64,000 bases of DNA, from positions 50,964,001 to 51,028,000 of the forward strand of contig NC_042998.1 in NCBI RefSeq assembly GCF_006345805.1, in the 5' to 3' direction. Both the position numbers and the translations under genes were made by a program. Source of the stretch: Octopus sinensis. Taxonomy: Eukaryota. Numbering within the stretch: the first letter of the stretch is position 1; each line of letters begins with the position of its first letter. The notes beneath the pieces were generated by a model. The model searched no databases and was not told where the DNA came from. It saw only the letters and a program-made list of their open reading frames with translations. Shown here piece by piece: positions 36,059 through 49,889 of this stretch.

Positions 36059-37164
36059 TCTGTCAAATATAAAGCTTATTTATTCACAGTGTTTTCAATT
36101 CATGATCTTGTAGCTTTGAGATCTCATTTATGTGATTGCTCATTTCCAAAATGACAATGCAGGATAAATGTGAGAGACTGGATTTGGCTGGTTTAACCCT
36201 TTAACATTCAGATATTACTCTGTTAAATGTAACGCTTATTTATTCACATTGTTACAAATTACTTTATGTTGTAGTCACGAGATTTCAATGATGTCATTGT
36301 TTGTTTTTTTAAATGACATTGTAGGATAGGTGTGAGAGATCTGATCTGGGCAATTTGAACATAAAACAGAGAGAATGTTTGGGCCGATATGATTGGTTTT
36401 AATACTAAAGGGTTAACATCCTTTTTTTCCATGCTGGCATAGATTGAAGAATTTGACATGAACCAAGCTCCAATGTCTGCTTTGACATGTGATATGGTTT
36501 CTACAGCTGGATGCTCTTCCTAATCCCAACTACTTTGCAGAGTGTACTGTATGCCTTTTTTTTTTACATGGCACCAGCATTGGTAAGGTCACCAAGTACC
36601 CACAAGACAAGACAAGATCTCACAGCTGAGTGGGGTATAGTATTGAGGGATATCAAAGTATGATAGAAGGGGCAGGAGAAAGTGTCTTGCTGAAGTGGTA
36701 AGTACAAGGATTCACTATCAGGAATGAGAGAATGAGATGTGAGGTCAAGGAACAAGGTGAGTATGAAAGGGAGAAATAGGGTAGAAGAACAGGGAAGGTG
36801 GGTAGGTAGGAAAGCGTACAGAGTGTCTCAATCAGGCATTGGTAGAAGACAACTGTCCATCTTTTCAATAATTCCATTTGTTACAGATAGTCTGAATAAC
36901 TGCAGCTGTTCCTTTTAATTTCTCTCAAAGGTTCAGGAGTGAAGAGGAATTTTCAAGATACAAATTTTTAGATATCATTAGATATGGACACACACACACA
37001 TATTTCTGAACAAAAGTAGATAGAATGTAACCTGTTTGAACACTGACTCAGTAGGCTGACTACCAACAATTTCCATCATGAATTACTTTTTGTGCACAAG
37101 TATGATTACAGCATGTCCAGTCCAGAAACTTTCTGATCATACCTTGTACAAAAACCTTAATGCA

Positions 37165-37166
<2 letters not shown>

Positions 37167-37218
<52 letters not shown>

Positions 37219-37249
37219 TACATACATACATATATATATATATATACAT

Positions 37250-37280
<31 letters not shown>

Positions 37281-37490
37281 CACATATACATATACATATT
37301 TTATATATATATATGTATGTATGTATGTATATACATATATATACATATATGTGTGTGTGTATGTATATATATATACATATATGTGTGTGTATGTATGTAT
37401 ATACATGCATATATTGTTATATACTCACACACACAAATATATACATACATGTATATACATATACATGTGTGTGTGTGTGTGTGTGTGTGA
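37167..37490. repeat. compound (TA)/(CA)/(TG) microsatellite
   Basis: Seen directly. Confidence 0.95.
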
Positions 37491-37955
37491 GTATGTGGAA
37501 ATGGTATGTAAAAGTATGTTCTGACAAAAAAAAAATACCTGTTTCCACTGGCAAGGCAATACAAACAATCTATACACGATCAATAACTTGCATACACAAG
37601 ACTTCTATGTGCAATATTACAAAAGCTTATAAGGAAATAAACCCAAATACACCCAACTTAATTAAGAAAGAAGTGAAAAACTTAGCCTCTGCCCTGAAGA
37701 TAGATGACAAAGTAGAATGGTTGGCATTTGGTCAAACTTATATTACATTGGTGAACCACAAACCAACTTCTTTGAAGAACCGCAAGCTAACTTCATAGCA
37801 GAACCTAAATATTGACATATTAACCCTGCTAAAACTGATTTAGCTAAGATTACTAATAAATAGTTTAGATCCAAACAAAACTACCATTAAGCAAGCCACA
37901 AACCTTCTATTCTAGACAAAGTGGCACTTCAGTCATTAATTGTTTCGCTAACATA

Positions 37956-38164
37956 CGAGGGGGTGCTGAAAGTTCCTGGCTAAAAGAAAATAGAGGAGGA
38001 TCAATTAATTATGAATTTATTCAACATATTCCCCTCTCAGATTCGCACACTTATTGCAGTGGTCCTTCAGTTTTTCTAAGCCCTGTAAAGAACACGTAAG
38101 ACTGGGCCTCCGGCTAGGCCTTTTGCAATACCTTTAAAGCCAGGAACTTTTCAGCATCCTTTTG
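37956..38164. mobile_element. mariner-derived MITE, 209 bp
   Basis: TA-CGAGGGGGTGCTGAAAGTTCCTGGC / GCCAGGAACTTTTCAGCATCCTTTTG-TA; other copies at 38635-38849 and (partial) 15037-15170. Confidence 0.75.
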
Positions 38165-38189
38165 TATATGTATGTGTACATATATATAC

Positions 38190-38389
38190 TCTCTTTTACT
38201 CTTTTACTTGTTTCAGTCATTTGACTGCGGCCATGCTGGAGCACCGCCTTTAGTCAAGCAAATCGACCCCGGGACTTATTCTTTGTAAGCCCAGTACTTA
38301 TTCTATCGGTCTCTTTTGCCGAACCGCTAAGTGACGGGGACACAAACACACCAGCATCGGTTGTCAAGCAATGCTAGGGGGACACACAA

Positions 38390-38420
<31 letters not shown>

Positions 38421-38588
38421 CATATATACGACAGGCTTCTTTCAGTTTCCGTCTACCAAATCCACTCACAAGGCATTGGTCGGCCCAGGGCTATAGCAGA
38501 AGACACTTGCCCAAGATGCCACGCAGTGGGACTGAACCCGGAACCATGTGGTTGGTTAGCAAGGCAAGCTACTTACCACACAGCCACT

Positions 38589-38593
<5 letters not shown>
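38190..38593 (-). mobile_element. SINE family A
   Basis: Near-consensus reverse copy. Confidence 0.85.
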
Positions 38594-38626
<33 letters not shown>

Positions 38627-38634
38627 AACATACA

Positions 38635-38849
38635 TGAGGGGCTGCTGAAAAGTTCCTGGCTTTGGGTAAAAGAAAATATAGGAGGATCAGTTAATTATGG
38701 CTTTATTCTACATATTCCTATCAGATTCACACACTTATTGCAGTGATCCTTCAGTTTTTCTAACCCCTGTAAAGAACTCAAAAGTTTGGGCCTCCAATCA
38801 GGCCTTTCACAATGGCCCTTAAAACCAGGAACTTTCCAGCACTCCCTTG
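38635..38849. mobile_element. mariner-derived MITE (second copy)
   Basis: TGAGGGGCTGCTGAAAAGTTCCTGG / CCAGGAACTTTCCAGCACTCCCTTG-TA. Confidence 0.75.
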
Positions 38850-41800
38850 TAGATGGAGTGCTTTAAAGGAGCAAAACTATGTAACTTAATAGGAATATTC
38901 TCTTCTCTTATAGAACAAATATTTAACTAACTAGAACTACTACTTTACAAAAATGGCAGATTAATCATATCCCATTATAACAAGATCCACCAACTAGACA
39001 TTTAGAAATTAAGATTTTAACCTAAGGTTTATGTTAGTACTACAATAGATATAATTAATTTTTTAGAGATAACATCAAACTTAAATTCAGATAAATACCA
39101 CTCATACAGAAAATGTAATAAGAACTCTGCTGTACAGCTACAAACATTCCATTATTTTAAAAAGCTTGCTTAGCAACAGTAGTGGACAGACCTCAGGCAT
39201 ATCCTTCTCTAAAGAATTCTGTAAATGTCTTAGGGAATATTACAATATATTACGCAGAAATAAGTTAACAGAGAAAGAAAAAAAACTGATTACTAACATA
39301 AACAGAACAAGTAAGATAATTGGTATAACACACAATTTGACACATTATATGACAGTTCAAATATTGTCTGATCCTTCCTAAAATAGGGGCTTCTAAGGAA
39401 TAAACTCTTCTATATAAACTGTATGTTCTACAATATCTTTAACAGAAGTATTGTCAAAATGATTCCAAATTCTTTTGAACTTTGCTGCATCCTTAAACCT
39501 GACATGAACAAATACACAAACTTATCTACTATATTACAATTTCCTTGTAACTGACACTTGTCCACTTGATGGTAACTTCTTCAAGAAAGTTTAATGTATT
39601 GAGTGAAGGTCTCTGTTGGAAACTGCAATAATGTAAAAAAAAAAAATCTACAAGTATAACTAAAATACCTTTTAAATTAAGATTTAAACAACAGAAGCAA
39701 TACTACTTACTCTTTCTAAGTATTGCTGAAATCTAAAGAAAAAGGCTTTCAGGATCAGTTGGCCAACCATTGAAACTATGGATTCCATAGCTAATGAGAG
39801 GTACTCCACATCTAATTGTCCTTTACCAGCAATCATTTACTGTGTTGTCACACTATTCAGTCCCTGAGTCCTATTCTGTCTTTCATATTCCCTTTGTACC
39901 TTGATCTCACATCTCTCTCTCTCTCTCTCTACCATGCTTTCCAGATAGGAAGCCACGTTTTCACCTCTTCAGCAAGACACATGCTCCTCTCCTCTATCAT
40001 ACTTTCTTATTCCTCAGTACTATACCTCATTCAGTTGAGGGGTCTTGACTTGGTGAGTACTTGGTGATCTCAACAGAACTGGTGCCATGCAAAGAAGCAC
40101 TCAGCAATACTCTTTAAGGTAGCTGGTGTTAGGAAGGGCCTGAAACTGTAGAAACCAAACCAAAGCAGACATTAAGAGCTCAGTGCAACCCTTTGGCTCA
40201 TCAGTTCATGACAAACTGTCCAATACATGTTAACATGGAAAAAGGAATGCTGAATGCTGTTGCTGATGATGATGATGAGGATGATGATGAGATACAGTTT
40301 CCAAAATAGAGACACAAATGTCTATGTGTGTATGTTTGAATGTATGCATAATCATGTATGTGTGTATAATCGTGCATGCATGTACAAGTGTGTGTGTATT
40401 TGTTATGTATGTGTGAGTGTGTGTGTATGTGAGTACATGTCAGTGTGTGTGTGTACATAGTAATATGTATGTGTGCATGTGCACTGTTATGTCATGCAGT
40501 GTTTTCAAATACAGCCACATTCATATCTTAAGCTTTATATTCAGACATTTTATTCAACAAAGGGGACTAAACTCTTACATCAACCTGGCAGCCACAATCT
40601 TTTGTTACATTTGTTCCTGTATCAGTCATCAAATCACAATGTCCGTTAGTACAGTCTGGAATGGCACTGAAAGCACATGGTTGTGATTCTACATTTTGCT
40701 CAGGATCAATATTCGTGTTGTTGCTTATTAGATATTATACCCTGTTCACCTTAAAGAGTCACAGCTGTATTTATTTCCTGCTTGAAATATGAATCTAGTT
40801 TGCATCGATATCAAACTAGAGCTGCACTTTCATAAGACAATGTTATTGGTGATCGTATTTGCCTGCCTATTGAAGCAGACGGACTTAGAAGTCTTTCTGT
40901 GTAATGGATTGTCTGGTAACTCAAAAGCATGTGAATGAATCAAATGTGCATTAATGGAACCTTTACTTTGGTAAATACGCTTTTAAACCCACTTTTAACA
41001 CTTGCGACCATTCTTTCAGCAATTCTGTTTGATTTTAGATGATATGGAGACATTTCCATAATTTTACATTTGATCTTATCAAGCAATGTACACAAGTCGT
41101 TATTACTAAATTCATTTCAGACACTAATGTTTCTGAAACACTATTTCTGGCAAATACAGTTCTTAATACTGACCTAACTGTTTTTACTCCTTTTATTCTT
41201 ATCTCACTATTAATCCTGACCATCCAGAGGTATGCATCAACAAGTATTATGGAATTAAAAACAGTCTATTATTCTAGACACAAGCATAATCCATAAACAT
41301 ATATAGCCATACTTCAATCTCTTTGAGGATGAGCATGTATTCTCTGAGATGGTTTCAATTTTATTCTAGTACGTATCAGACAGCTTACATATTCCATATA
41401 TTCACAAAAACTTGGCCACCATGTTTCTGAAATATGCTTCTTATTGTAGGGATTCAAGCCCCAACCATGAAATAATCAGTTAGGGATCATGAATATGCCA
41501 TTTCATGTGATTAATCTATAAATCAATCAACCAGTAGTGACGCTGTGGCATGATGAGGCTTCTTGGATGTTCTAAAATTGGCTCCCTTTTTATCTTACTT
41601 AAACAGTTTAGCACCTAACTCACCAAGCAGATTATGTTGAACAAGAGACAGCTTTGAACACTCACACACAATGTACTACAGCTAACCTTCAACAAGACAG
41701 TGTAGTTCTCTCCTCTCAACTGGCAGTTATATCATCTGCATTTTTCTTTTCTAGATAGCCAATAGAGTAGATCATTTCTACCAAAAAATACATTAAACGT

Positions 41801-42572
41801 TTGTGAGTTTGCTTCTTTTATAATACACACAGCTGGCTAGACTGCACAACAATGGTCTTCACCAATTCCAACAGCTACCTCACAAAATTATCGTTGAACT
41901 ACAATGCAAATCTCATAGCTGGCTTTTATCATTAAATTTCTAAAGCAGTTTGATGGAGCAATCAATTCTCCATTACGCAATATACAATCTTTCATCTGTG
42001 ACTTAACTTTTAATAACTTAAGAGGCCTTTCAACAGTAGGACAATTGCTCCAGTTATTATTAATATCTTGGGTAAGGTGGTAACCTGATAGAATCATTAG
42101 CATGCTGGGCAAAATGCTTAGAGACATTTCATTCATCTTGACATTCTGAGTTCAAATTCCACCAAGGTGGACTTTGCTTTTCATCCTTTCAGGGTCAATA
42201 AAATAAGTACCAGTCAGGCACTGGGGTTGACATAATCATTTAGCCCCCCTTCTCCAAAATGTTAGGCTTTGTGCCTAAGATTATTAATATATTAGATAAA
42301 ATATGATTAGCAGTCTCTAACTATATATTTTCACTTTTTATAAGATCAGTTTCTCCAAAAGTGTTGAAAGAATCATCCACCCATCCATTCATCTATTCGT
42401 CCATCTTCTCTACTCATGATTCCTAGAAGGGTCTTGGGACCAGAGTCCTCAGGCACCTCATCCTAGAGTCCTGTCAGAAGCAACCATCATTACACTTCCA
42501 ACTGAAATTAATGATTATCCAAACATCGCATTCTTGGTTTTGGTCAACCTTTAGGTCTTCAAACCAATATTA

Positions 42573-42935
42573 TTATTACCACCACCTTAGCAATTGTTTT
42601 TAGTCATGCTTGTTTATTTGTTTGTCTGTGGACAAGACATCTCAAGAACCGCCAGATGGATTCGGATGAAACTTTCAGAGATGCTTGGCCTCATGACTGG
42701 CACAAACTGATTAGATTTTGGGATCAATCCAGTATCGGACAAGGATTCTGGATTATTTTTCCTTTTTTTTTTTTTACTTAATTTTTGGGAGCAGTCAGGT
42801 TCATTTTTAGTATTCTCGTTTGTGAGAGCAGTCGAGTTTATTTCAGATACTCTCATTTTAAAAATCATCCCTGGCTAATCATTGAGGGGATGTTGGTGTT
42901 GCTTTGGCAGAGATTTGCACTCTCTGAATCCTCTT
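42573..42935 (+). mobile_element. HINE/Helentron-like element
   Basis: Homologous to 23656-24035. Confidence 0.55.
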
Positions 42936-44029
42936 ATTATTAATAAATTTGATCATGATTACACAATAACATGTAGCATTTGAGATTCCTCTACATATAA
43001 TATTTCATAATCAAATGCAACCATTTCTGAGATCTGTTTTAAAATACATACACATATTGCTTTTGGCAATCTAAATATGTTACACAAAATAAATTTAGTG
43101 GCCTAAGGTCTGAGACCAAGCTAAATTTTCAGCCAAGTAGAAAATAGCTGCCCTCTTCATCAAGGCTTTCCTTCCAATGGTTTAATATCTTGTTTCAGTT
43201 GTTTTTAATACTCTAGACAAATATAACACATGATTGCTATCACATGGAAATAGTTGCAATGTAGCCTTTTCACATGCATCAGTTATTAAGGTAGTTTCAT
43301 TTGCAACACCATAAAACTGGACCCTTGATTTTGATGCTAATATCAACATTATATGCCCAATGCCTTTTATTGTTGGGTTTCCCATGAAAATAGATATCAC
43401 ATTTATGAAGTGATGCAAGCAGCGATATATGGTTTCAATAAGAATCAATAAATCTTCCACCACAGAAATTAACAGGTCTGAAAAACGATTCTGTTTGCTT
43501 CATATTCTTTGGTGGATTTACATCTGAAATTCTCATTGCTAAATAATAATCTTGAGATCTCCCTTTCTTTTGTTGGTCTATATCCCACAAATGCCAATTC
43601 TTCAGATTCTAACACAGGTTTAGCTCGATTAGTCATCGTGCCTGATAATTTCAACATTTTGTTATATCTACCATGAGACACAGATTTTCAACAGGATTAA
43701 TACTACGTGATGTGTGTGTGTGTGTGTGTGTGTGTGTGTCTGTGCACGCATGCGTGTGCAAGTGTGTGTGTGTGTACATACACACACATTCATATATACA
43801 TAAATAATACACACACATATATATATTTGAGTGAGTGAACAAACAAAAGGAGGGCACTCAACACATTATTTGAGAGATACATGTATGGATCAAAGCAGTG
43901 TGATTCAAATTCCATGCTACTTAAAATTTCAAAGCTCATGAAGGTTATTGTTGGGCAGAAGAAAGCCCGATGATAAGCCTCATGAGGTTTGACATTCTAA
44001 GTAGCATGGAATATGAATCTGTTTTGAGC

Positions 44030-44530
44030 TATCATCATCACCATCATCGTTTAACATCCGCTTTCCATGCTAACATGGGTTGGATGGTTCGACCGGCATC
44101 TGGGAAGCCAGGAGGCTGTGCCAGGAGGCTGTGCCAGGCTCCAGTCTGATCTGGTAGTGTTTCTACAGCTGGATTCCCTTCCTAATGCCAACCACTCCAT
44201 GAGTGCAGTGGCTGTATTTTACATGCCACCAGCACAGGGGCCAGAGGAGGCTGGCAAACAGCCATGATCGGTTGGAGATTTTTACATGTCACCGACATGG
44301 ATGCCAGTCAGGCGGCGCTGGCATCAGTGATGTTTGGATGGTGCTTTTTACATGCCACCTGCAAAGGTATCATAACTACAATTTCCATTTGATTTTTATT
44401 TTGATGTTGATGTTGACATACTTGACTCAATAGGTCTCCTCAAGCACAGTGGGTCACCCTATGATCCAAGGTTAGCACAGCAGGCTGTCCTGCAAGCCAT
44501 GAACTCACATCATTTGTCGGGTTTTCGCAG
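44030..44530 (-). mobile_element. RTE 3' end (family B) with a single copy of the segment amplified at 28.6-30.0 kb
   Basis: (CAT)nCGTTTAACATCCGC...TAACTACAATTTCCATTTGATTTTTATTTTGATG. Confidence 0.8.
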
Positions 44531-44544
44531 TCACAGTATATCAC

Positions 44545-45278
44545 AAACTCAAGCATCTCCTCTAACCAAACATGCTTTGGCTTTTCTCAGACGAGAAAAA
44601 TTTCTTACAGGATCAAATGGTCAACATACATAACACCCATTGGCTTGCTGTGTCCCCCAGACATGTACCATCCAGTCAACATCATAGTATTTGGAGTGAT
44701 CACTAGTGATGGTGATATTATGCCTCCATTCATCTTCCTACATGGCCTCAGACTCAATACAGAGGCCTACATCAAGAGCCTGGGGGAAGGAGAGCAACCT
44801 GGGTTAAGAGGGTAGCTGCTGGAAGACCCTAACTATGTCTGACAACAGGACTTTGCACCATACCACACAAGCATGAGGACCCAGTCATGGCTGTCAGACA
44901 ATTTCTACAACCATTTCACTCCTAACATCTGGCTACCTAACTCCCTGGACTGCAACCACCTCGATTATTATGTGTGGGGCATAGCTGAGCGAGAGACCAA
45001 CAAAACTCCTTGTAACACCAAAGATGAACTGATGGCAAGGATTATGGCAGCATTCACCACATTAAACAAGGAGACCGTCCATAAGAATTGCAGGAGATTC
45101 TGAATTCTTCTAGAGGCCATGGTTGAAGCCAATGGTGATTTTATTGAATAAATTTACTCTATAGTATTTGAAGATATTCTTATGTAATTTTGGTAAATAT
45201 ATCTGTCAAAATGAGATGTCAGTGTTATTTTCATTTTTGCATAATTTAGACGACAATTTATTTATTGCACCTTGTGTA
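44545..45278 (+). mobile_element. maT (DD37D) Tc1/mariner transposase remnant with 3' end
   Basis: FSDEKNF...HPVNIIVFGVITSDG..MPPFIF...QQDFAPYH-[37 aa]-LDYYVWG...KDELMARI; stops and frameshifts present. Confidence 0.82.
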
Positions 45279-45599
45279 TTCACACACATGCACACACATA
45301 TTAATTTGGTAAACATTATCAGAGTCATTTCCAATGATATACAGAGTTGCTCTCTGAAATATAGCACTGTTTTAACTCCATATGAAAGACCTGTCTATCT
45401 TCAAAACAACTATTTAAAAAATTTAATGTATATATTGTAACAGCTTCTCTTGCTTCAAAATGTATTTCAATCTGATGATGGGTTCCTTTAGATCTAATTT
45501 ACCAAAAATTATTCATTCCAGAAAGAGAGTAAACTATTGATTATTGGCTCAGTATTTGGAGTGTGATAAGAATTTGAATAAATTCTTTTATTTACACTG

Positions 45600-46420
45600 A
45601 GTTAATAACCTCTACATTTTTTCCCAGGATTTCCATCTGCATTTCACAGATCCACTAAAGAAGGGGAGTATTTAAGCCCTCTGGGAAGAGCTTTTTCTAA
45701 AAGGATCTTAATTAGTTTCCCCATCTTCACTAAGCTGAGTAGTTTACTGTATTTAGTTTTGTTCTTGCCTCAAAATAATTATATAAACTGGTGTTTCCTT
45801 GAGAAGAATACTATCCTCCAAACCTCTTAATCTCCCAAATTGTCATGGAACTTCACTTCAATCTCATAAATTAATGAAGAACTATCAACATTCATCACGT
45901 TCATATCAAAGCAAGTCATGGTTTTTTTGTTTTTTTTTACATCTGCAAACAATAACATTCAAAGCCTCTATTCTCATCAATTTCTAAAAATGCATCCAAA
46001 TTCTCCCAAATTTTCAATGAGCAATCCATCAAAAATGCTTCGAGATAACACTTTCTTAATTTAGGTTTATTCAGATCCACCCAAAAGTTCTGATGTATAG
46101 TTTCCATTCCATCTCCATTTCCATTTTAACTTTAACACAACTGACCTTCACATTGATTACTCTGGTGACTTTCATGCTACTTTCATAAATCTTCCTTTTT
46201 CAATTTCCTCAGCCCTTTCTGTAGATTTACATACTGCTGTAAAAATGACTCCTTTTTTTTTTCCACTCTAAATGCAAGTTTCACCAACTTCACAACACTT
46301 AGATGATATATGCTCATATCCACACAAGTGATATTTATAATCACATTCATACATTCTTCTTCAAACATGTGGTATCAAACTGATATCCTCAGCATCATTC
46401 TGACTTCCAATTTATATATT
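45600..46420 (-). pseudogene. possible heavily decayed LINE reverse transcriptase
   Basis: GGATATCAGTTTGATA (GISL-like) and EKKKESFLQQYVNLQKG resemble YRGISLL and K...LY..FVDLEKAF; weak and judged by eye. Confidence 0.35.
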
Positions 46421-47014
46421 TTTCTATTTCAATCATTTGAAATTTAGAAATTCAAAATTGTTGAATGAATTCAATGCATTCACATGACTGAAGCAATTCC
46501 AAAGCTGTCATATGCTACACAGATGGTTTCATACATTATATTGTAGCAAAAGTGGCCTCCTAAACAGCAACACGGCTTCAACAGCCAAGTCGGCAGCTGG
46601 GAAACTGCAGGCCAGCCCAACAAGCCAACTTGGAAGAAGTAATCGCACTCAGCTGGATGTTTTGCGTAAAGTGGTTCTTCATCATCCAGGTTTGCTTTGA
46701 CTGGTCACATCTCTGATTGTCTTTATGTCAAATTCCCACTGACTATAGTCCCTGGTAACCTGACTTCACATCAACTGTTCCCATCACCAAACTCACACCA
46801 TTTGTTCACTCACTAGTTTATATAGTCCACCTCACAGTAAAAGCATGCACAAAAAAAAAAAAACATTCAGCATGCCTTAAATCAGTCATGTGATCAATGA
46901 ACATTATTTCCCATTTGAATTAATTATTGATCCATTATTGGTTTTCTTTTGTAGAACTAGAGAACAGTATTTCAATTTTGAGTAATACCATTTAAAATTA
47001 TATTTATCAGAATA

Positions 47015-47406
47015 CTAGCAGTATCGCCCAGCATTGCTCGGGTTTGTTTTGGCCCTTTAGAATTAGAATTTTTGAAAAGTAAAAATTTTGCATTATGTAG
47101 CTTGTTATTCCCTTTAAGGGAACATTTTTCTGGTTGAAATACACCGAAAAATGGTGACACAACAGTCAAAAAATCGTAAACAATAGGGATTTTCATAGAA
47201 AAAAAGCACCTTTTTGATGTAAATAATTTTTGGTGTAAACATGGTCCGATTTGAATTTTATCTTCTATGGAATGAAGAACAAGCCTTCTTCTATCATACT
47301 CTCAATTTTGGTCAACTTTTGCAGCAGGGTCTGGGAGGAGAAAGTGTTAGTTGAAGCCTACTGAACCTGCCACACACAGACAACTTCAGCTTTATATATA
47401 TATAGA
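47015..47406 (-). mobile_element. non-autonomous Helitron G1
   Basis: Minus strand A|TCTATATATATATAAAGCTG...CCCGAGCAATGCTGGGCGATACTGCTAG|T. Confidence 0.8.
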
Positions 47407-48229
47407 TTTCTCCTTCATAACAATATGAATCTCATTTGAATCCTATCATCTTTTTCCCCCTGCCCTTTAGTTCTAATTTTACCTATTTAGGAAATATTCT
47501 TGGTGAGACGAAATTGAATTTTTTTTGTCCTTTGGCAGGTTTTTTTTTTTGAAATTTTCATTACTAAATGATGATCTAGAGATATCCTATCCTTGGTCAG
47601 TTTATATCCCCCAAAAGACAATTCATCAGATCTAATACAGATTTAACTTGACTGGTTGCTGTGCCAGATAATTCCTACTTAAAGCTATCATATTTACCCA
47701 GAAATACAGATTTTCAGCAGGATTAAGCACATGCACACATGCATGCATGCACATACACACTGCTCCACATCTTTTAACAGAGCCTTACACTCAATTCATA
47801 CAGGTCAGTGAATCTACTGGAGACTGTAGTCAATCCCTGGCTGGAGAGGGTTGATGCTGGAAGGCTATACGTATGGCTGTAGGATTTGGTGCTATACTTC
47901 CAGAAAGAGTTGGAAGTGGTTGTCAGAGAATTTCTACAACTTCACAGCTATTTAAAGTAACCTGTTATCTCCCAGCCATATTCTAGTTGATATTTTTTAA
48001 CTTTTTAAAATACTTTTATTTTGGAATGGGATATTGGGCTTTCTTTGCTTTTATGCAAAATATTAAATTTAACCCAAAATACCTTTTGTATATATGAAAG
48101 ACACAATGTGTTGATTTTAAATAACTTACAAGATAAATTCTTGATTTCATGAAATTATCTTTGTTATATTTATAAACACACGCATAGTTTGAAAACTTTC
48201 ATCAGAACTCCAAACACCTCGCACAACTG

Positions 48230-49041
48230 ATTTTGGACACCTGTAAAAAATTGGAAAAGTCAAGAAAATGGACAGGTTTGTTCCACATCAACTGAATGAG
48301 ATTAAAAAAAAAAACAGATGCCTCGAAGTGTGCTTGCTCCTTATTGCTTTATTGACTGGAAAAAGACCATTTTTGCATCAAGTCATTACTTGTGATGAGA
48401 AATGGATACTATTTGACAACAGCAGGAGAACAGGACAGCGATTATATGCAGGAGAGTCACCTAAAATCTACCCAAACCCACCATTGCATCCTAAAAAGTT
48501 AGTGGTCACTGTATGGTGGTCTGTAAAGGGAGTTATTCATTATTCATTTTTGAAAAAAGGAAAAACGGTATCAGCAACATCGTATTGCCAGGAAATTGAT
48601 TGTATGCATAAGAATTTTAAAAAGAAGCAACCCAGACTAGTGAATAGAGATGGCCCAATTTTGCTCCAAGACAATGCATGTCTTCACACTCCTCAAGCTA
48701 TGGTCCAAAAGCTGCAATGCCTGAATTATGAGATTTTGCAACATTCTCCCTATTCCCCTGATATCTCTTGTACCGATAATCACTTATTTAAGCATTTTGA
48801 GCATTTCATAAGCAATAAAGCATTCTTAAATAGAGAAGAGGTAATTGAAGCATTCAGACAGTTTATCACAGCAAAAGATGAATTTTTTTTAAAGATGGAA
48901 TATATGACATAGAGAAACGTTAGGTAAACGTCATAAATGAACATGGATCAAATTTTGATTAAATAGATCAGTTCTCTAACACTTCTGAAACATTTTATTG
49001 TTATCTTTCAAGTACAGCATTTCATGTAAAACAACCCAATA
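48230..49041 (+). mobile_element. mariner (DD34D) transposase remnant, 5'-truncated, with 3' TIR
   Basis: ORF 48268-48912: VPHQL, TCDEKW, HPKKLVVTVWW, LQDNA-[34 aa]-D, YSPD; TIR-like ...ACAACCCAATA at the end. Confidence 0.88.
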
Positions 49042-49402
49042 AATGTATATATATAATTCAAATTTACAGAAAACAAATGATGAAGACAGGTGAGGCAACA
49101 ACAAGCAGGTGTATTAGTTTGACATTCAGGAAGAATGGAGAAGTCTTTGATGTTTTGAGACTACGCTCTTCAACAGAAAGGGTTGAGAGAGAAAAAATGG
49201 AAAGAGAATGGGAAAAATGGAAAGAGTTTCTGAGTTTCTGGCAAGCAAACCTACTCAGAAAGTCTTGGTTAGCCTGGGGCTATAGTAGAAGACACTTGCC
49301 CAAGGTACTGGAAATGGAACCGGACCCAGAACTATATGATTTGAAAGCAAATTTCTTACCATAGACCCATACTTACACACACACACACACTATATCTATA
49401 CT

Positions 49403-49452
<50 letters not shown>

Positions 49453-49455
<3 letters not shown>

Positions 49456-49858
49456 TTATATATAAAGCTGAAGTTGTCTGTGCATGTGTGTGTGTGGCAG
49501 GTTTGGTAGCTTTCAACTAACACTATCTCCTCCGAGACCCTGAGGCGCAAGTTGACCAAAATTGAGAGTATGATAGAAGAAGACTTGCTCTTCATTCCGT
49601 AGAAGAAAAATTCAAATCGGACCATGTTACGACCATAAATTATTTACATCAAAAAGGTGCTTTTTTTTCTATGAAAATCCCTATTGTTTACGATTTTTTG
49701 ACTGCTGTGTCGCCATTTTTTGGTGTATTTCAACCAGAAAAATGTTCACTTAAAGAGAATAACAAGCTACATAATGAAACATTTTTACTTTTCAAAAATT
49801 CCAATTCTAAAGGGTCAAAAAGAAAACAAACCCGAGCAACTCCAGGCTATACTGCTAG
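49453..49858 (+). mobile_element. non-autonomous Helitron G1
   Basis: A|TC...ACTGCTAG|T; body homologous to 7807-8188. Confidence 0.8.

Positions 49859-49886
<28 letters not shown>

Positions 49887-49889
<3 letters not shown>

Larger units (their letters stand above)
35161..36416 (+). mobile_element. piggyBac-like MITE as three truncated head-to-tail units plus one complete unit, with two SINE insertions
   Basis: TTAA-C(C/T)CTTTAG(C/T)ATTCAGA unit starts at ~35161, 35328, 35714, 36194; single end AATACTAAAGGG-TTAA at 36401-36416. Confidence 0.7.
37560..39640 (+). mobile_element. decayed Penelope-like element (RT N-terminus to start of GIY-YIG), interrupted by nested inserts
   Basis: NITKAYKEINPNT...KEVKNLASALKIDDK...YITLVNHKP...INPAKTDL; GAKLCNLIG; FLEITSNLNSDKY..YRK; IFNRSIVK...CN...PLDGN, matching PLE motifs (INPAKSE, DGAE.CELVG, FLD.T.NL, IFNRNTVK, CPL.GNC). 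Confidence 0.72.

Noticed and set aside
41039-41229. Plus-strand AG...GT bounded open segment
   Set aside because: Translation resembles nothing I recognise and it is antisense to the host gene; consistent with chance.
43182-43681. Two adjacent minus-strand ORFs (70 and 93 aa)
   Set aside because: No recognisable domain, separated by a stop and frame change, no convincing splice sites.
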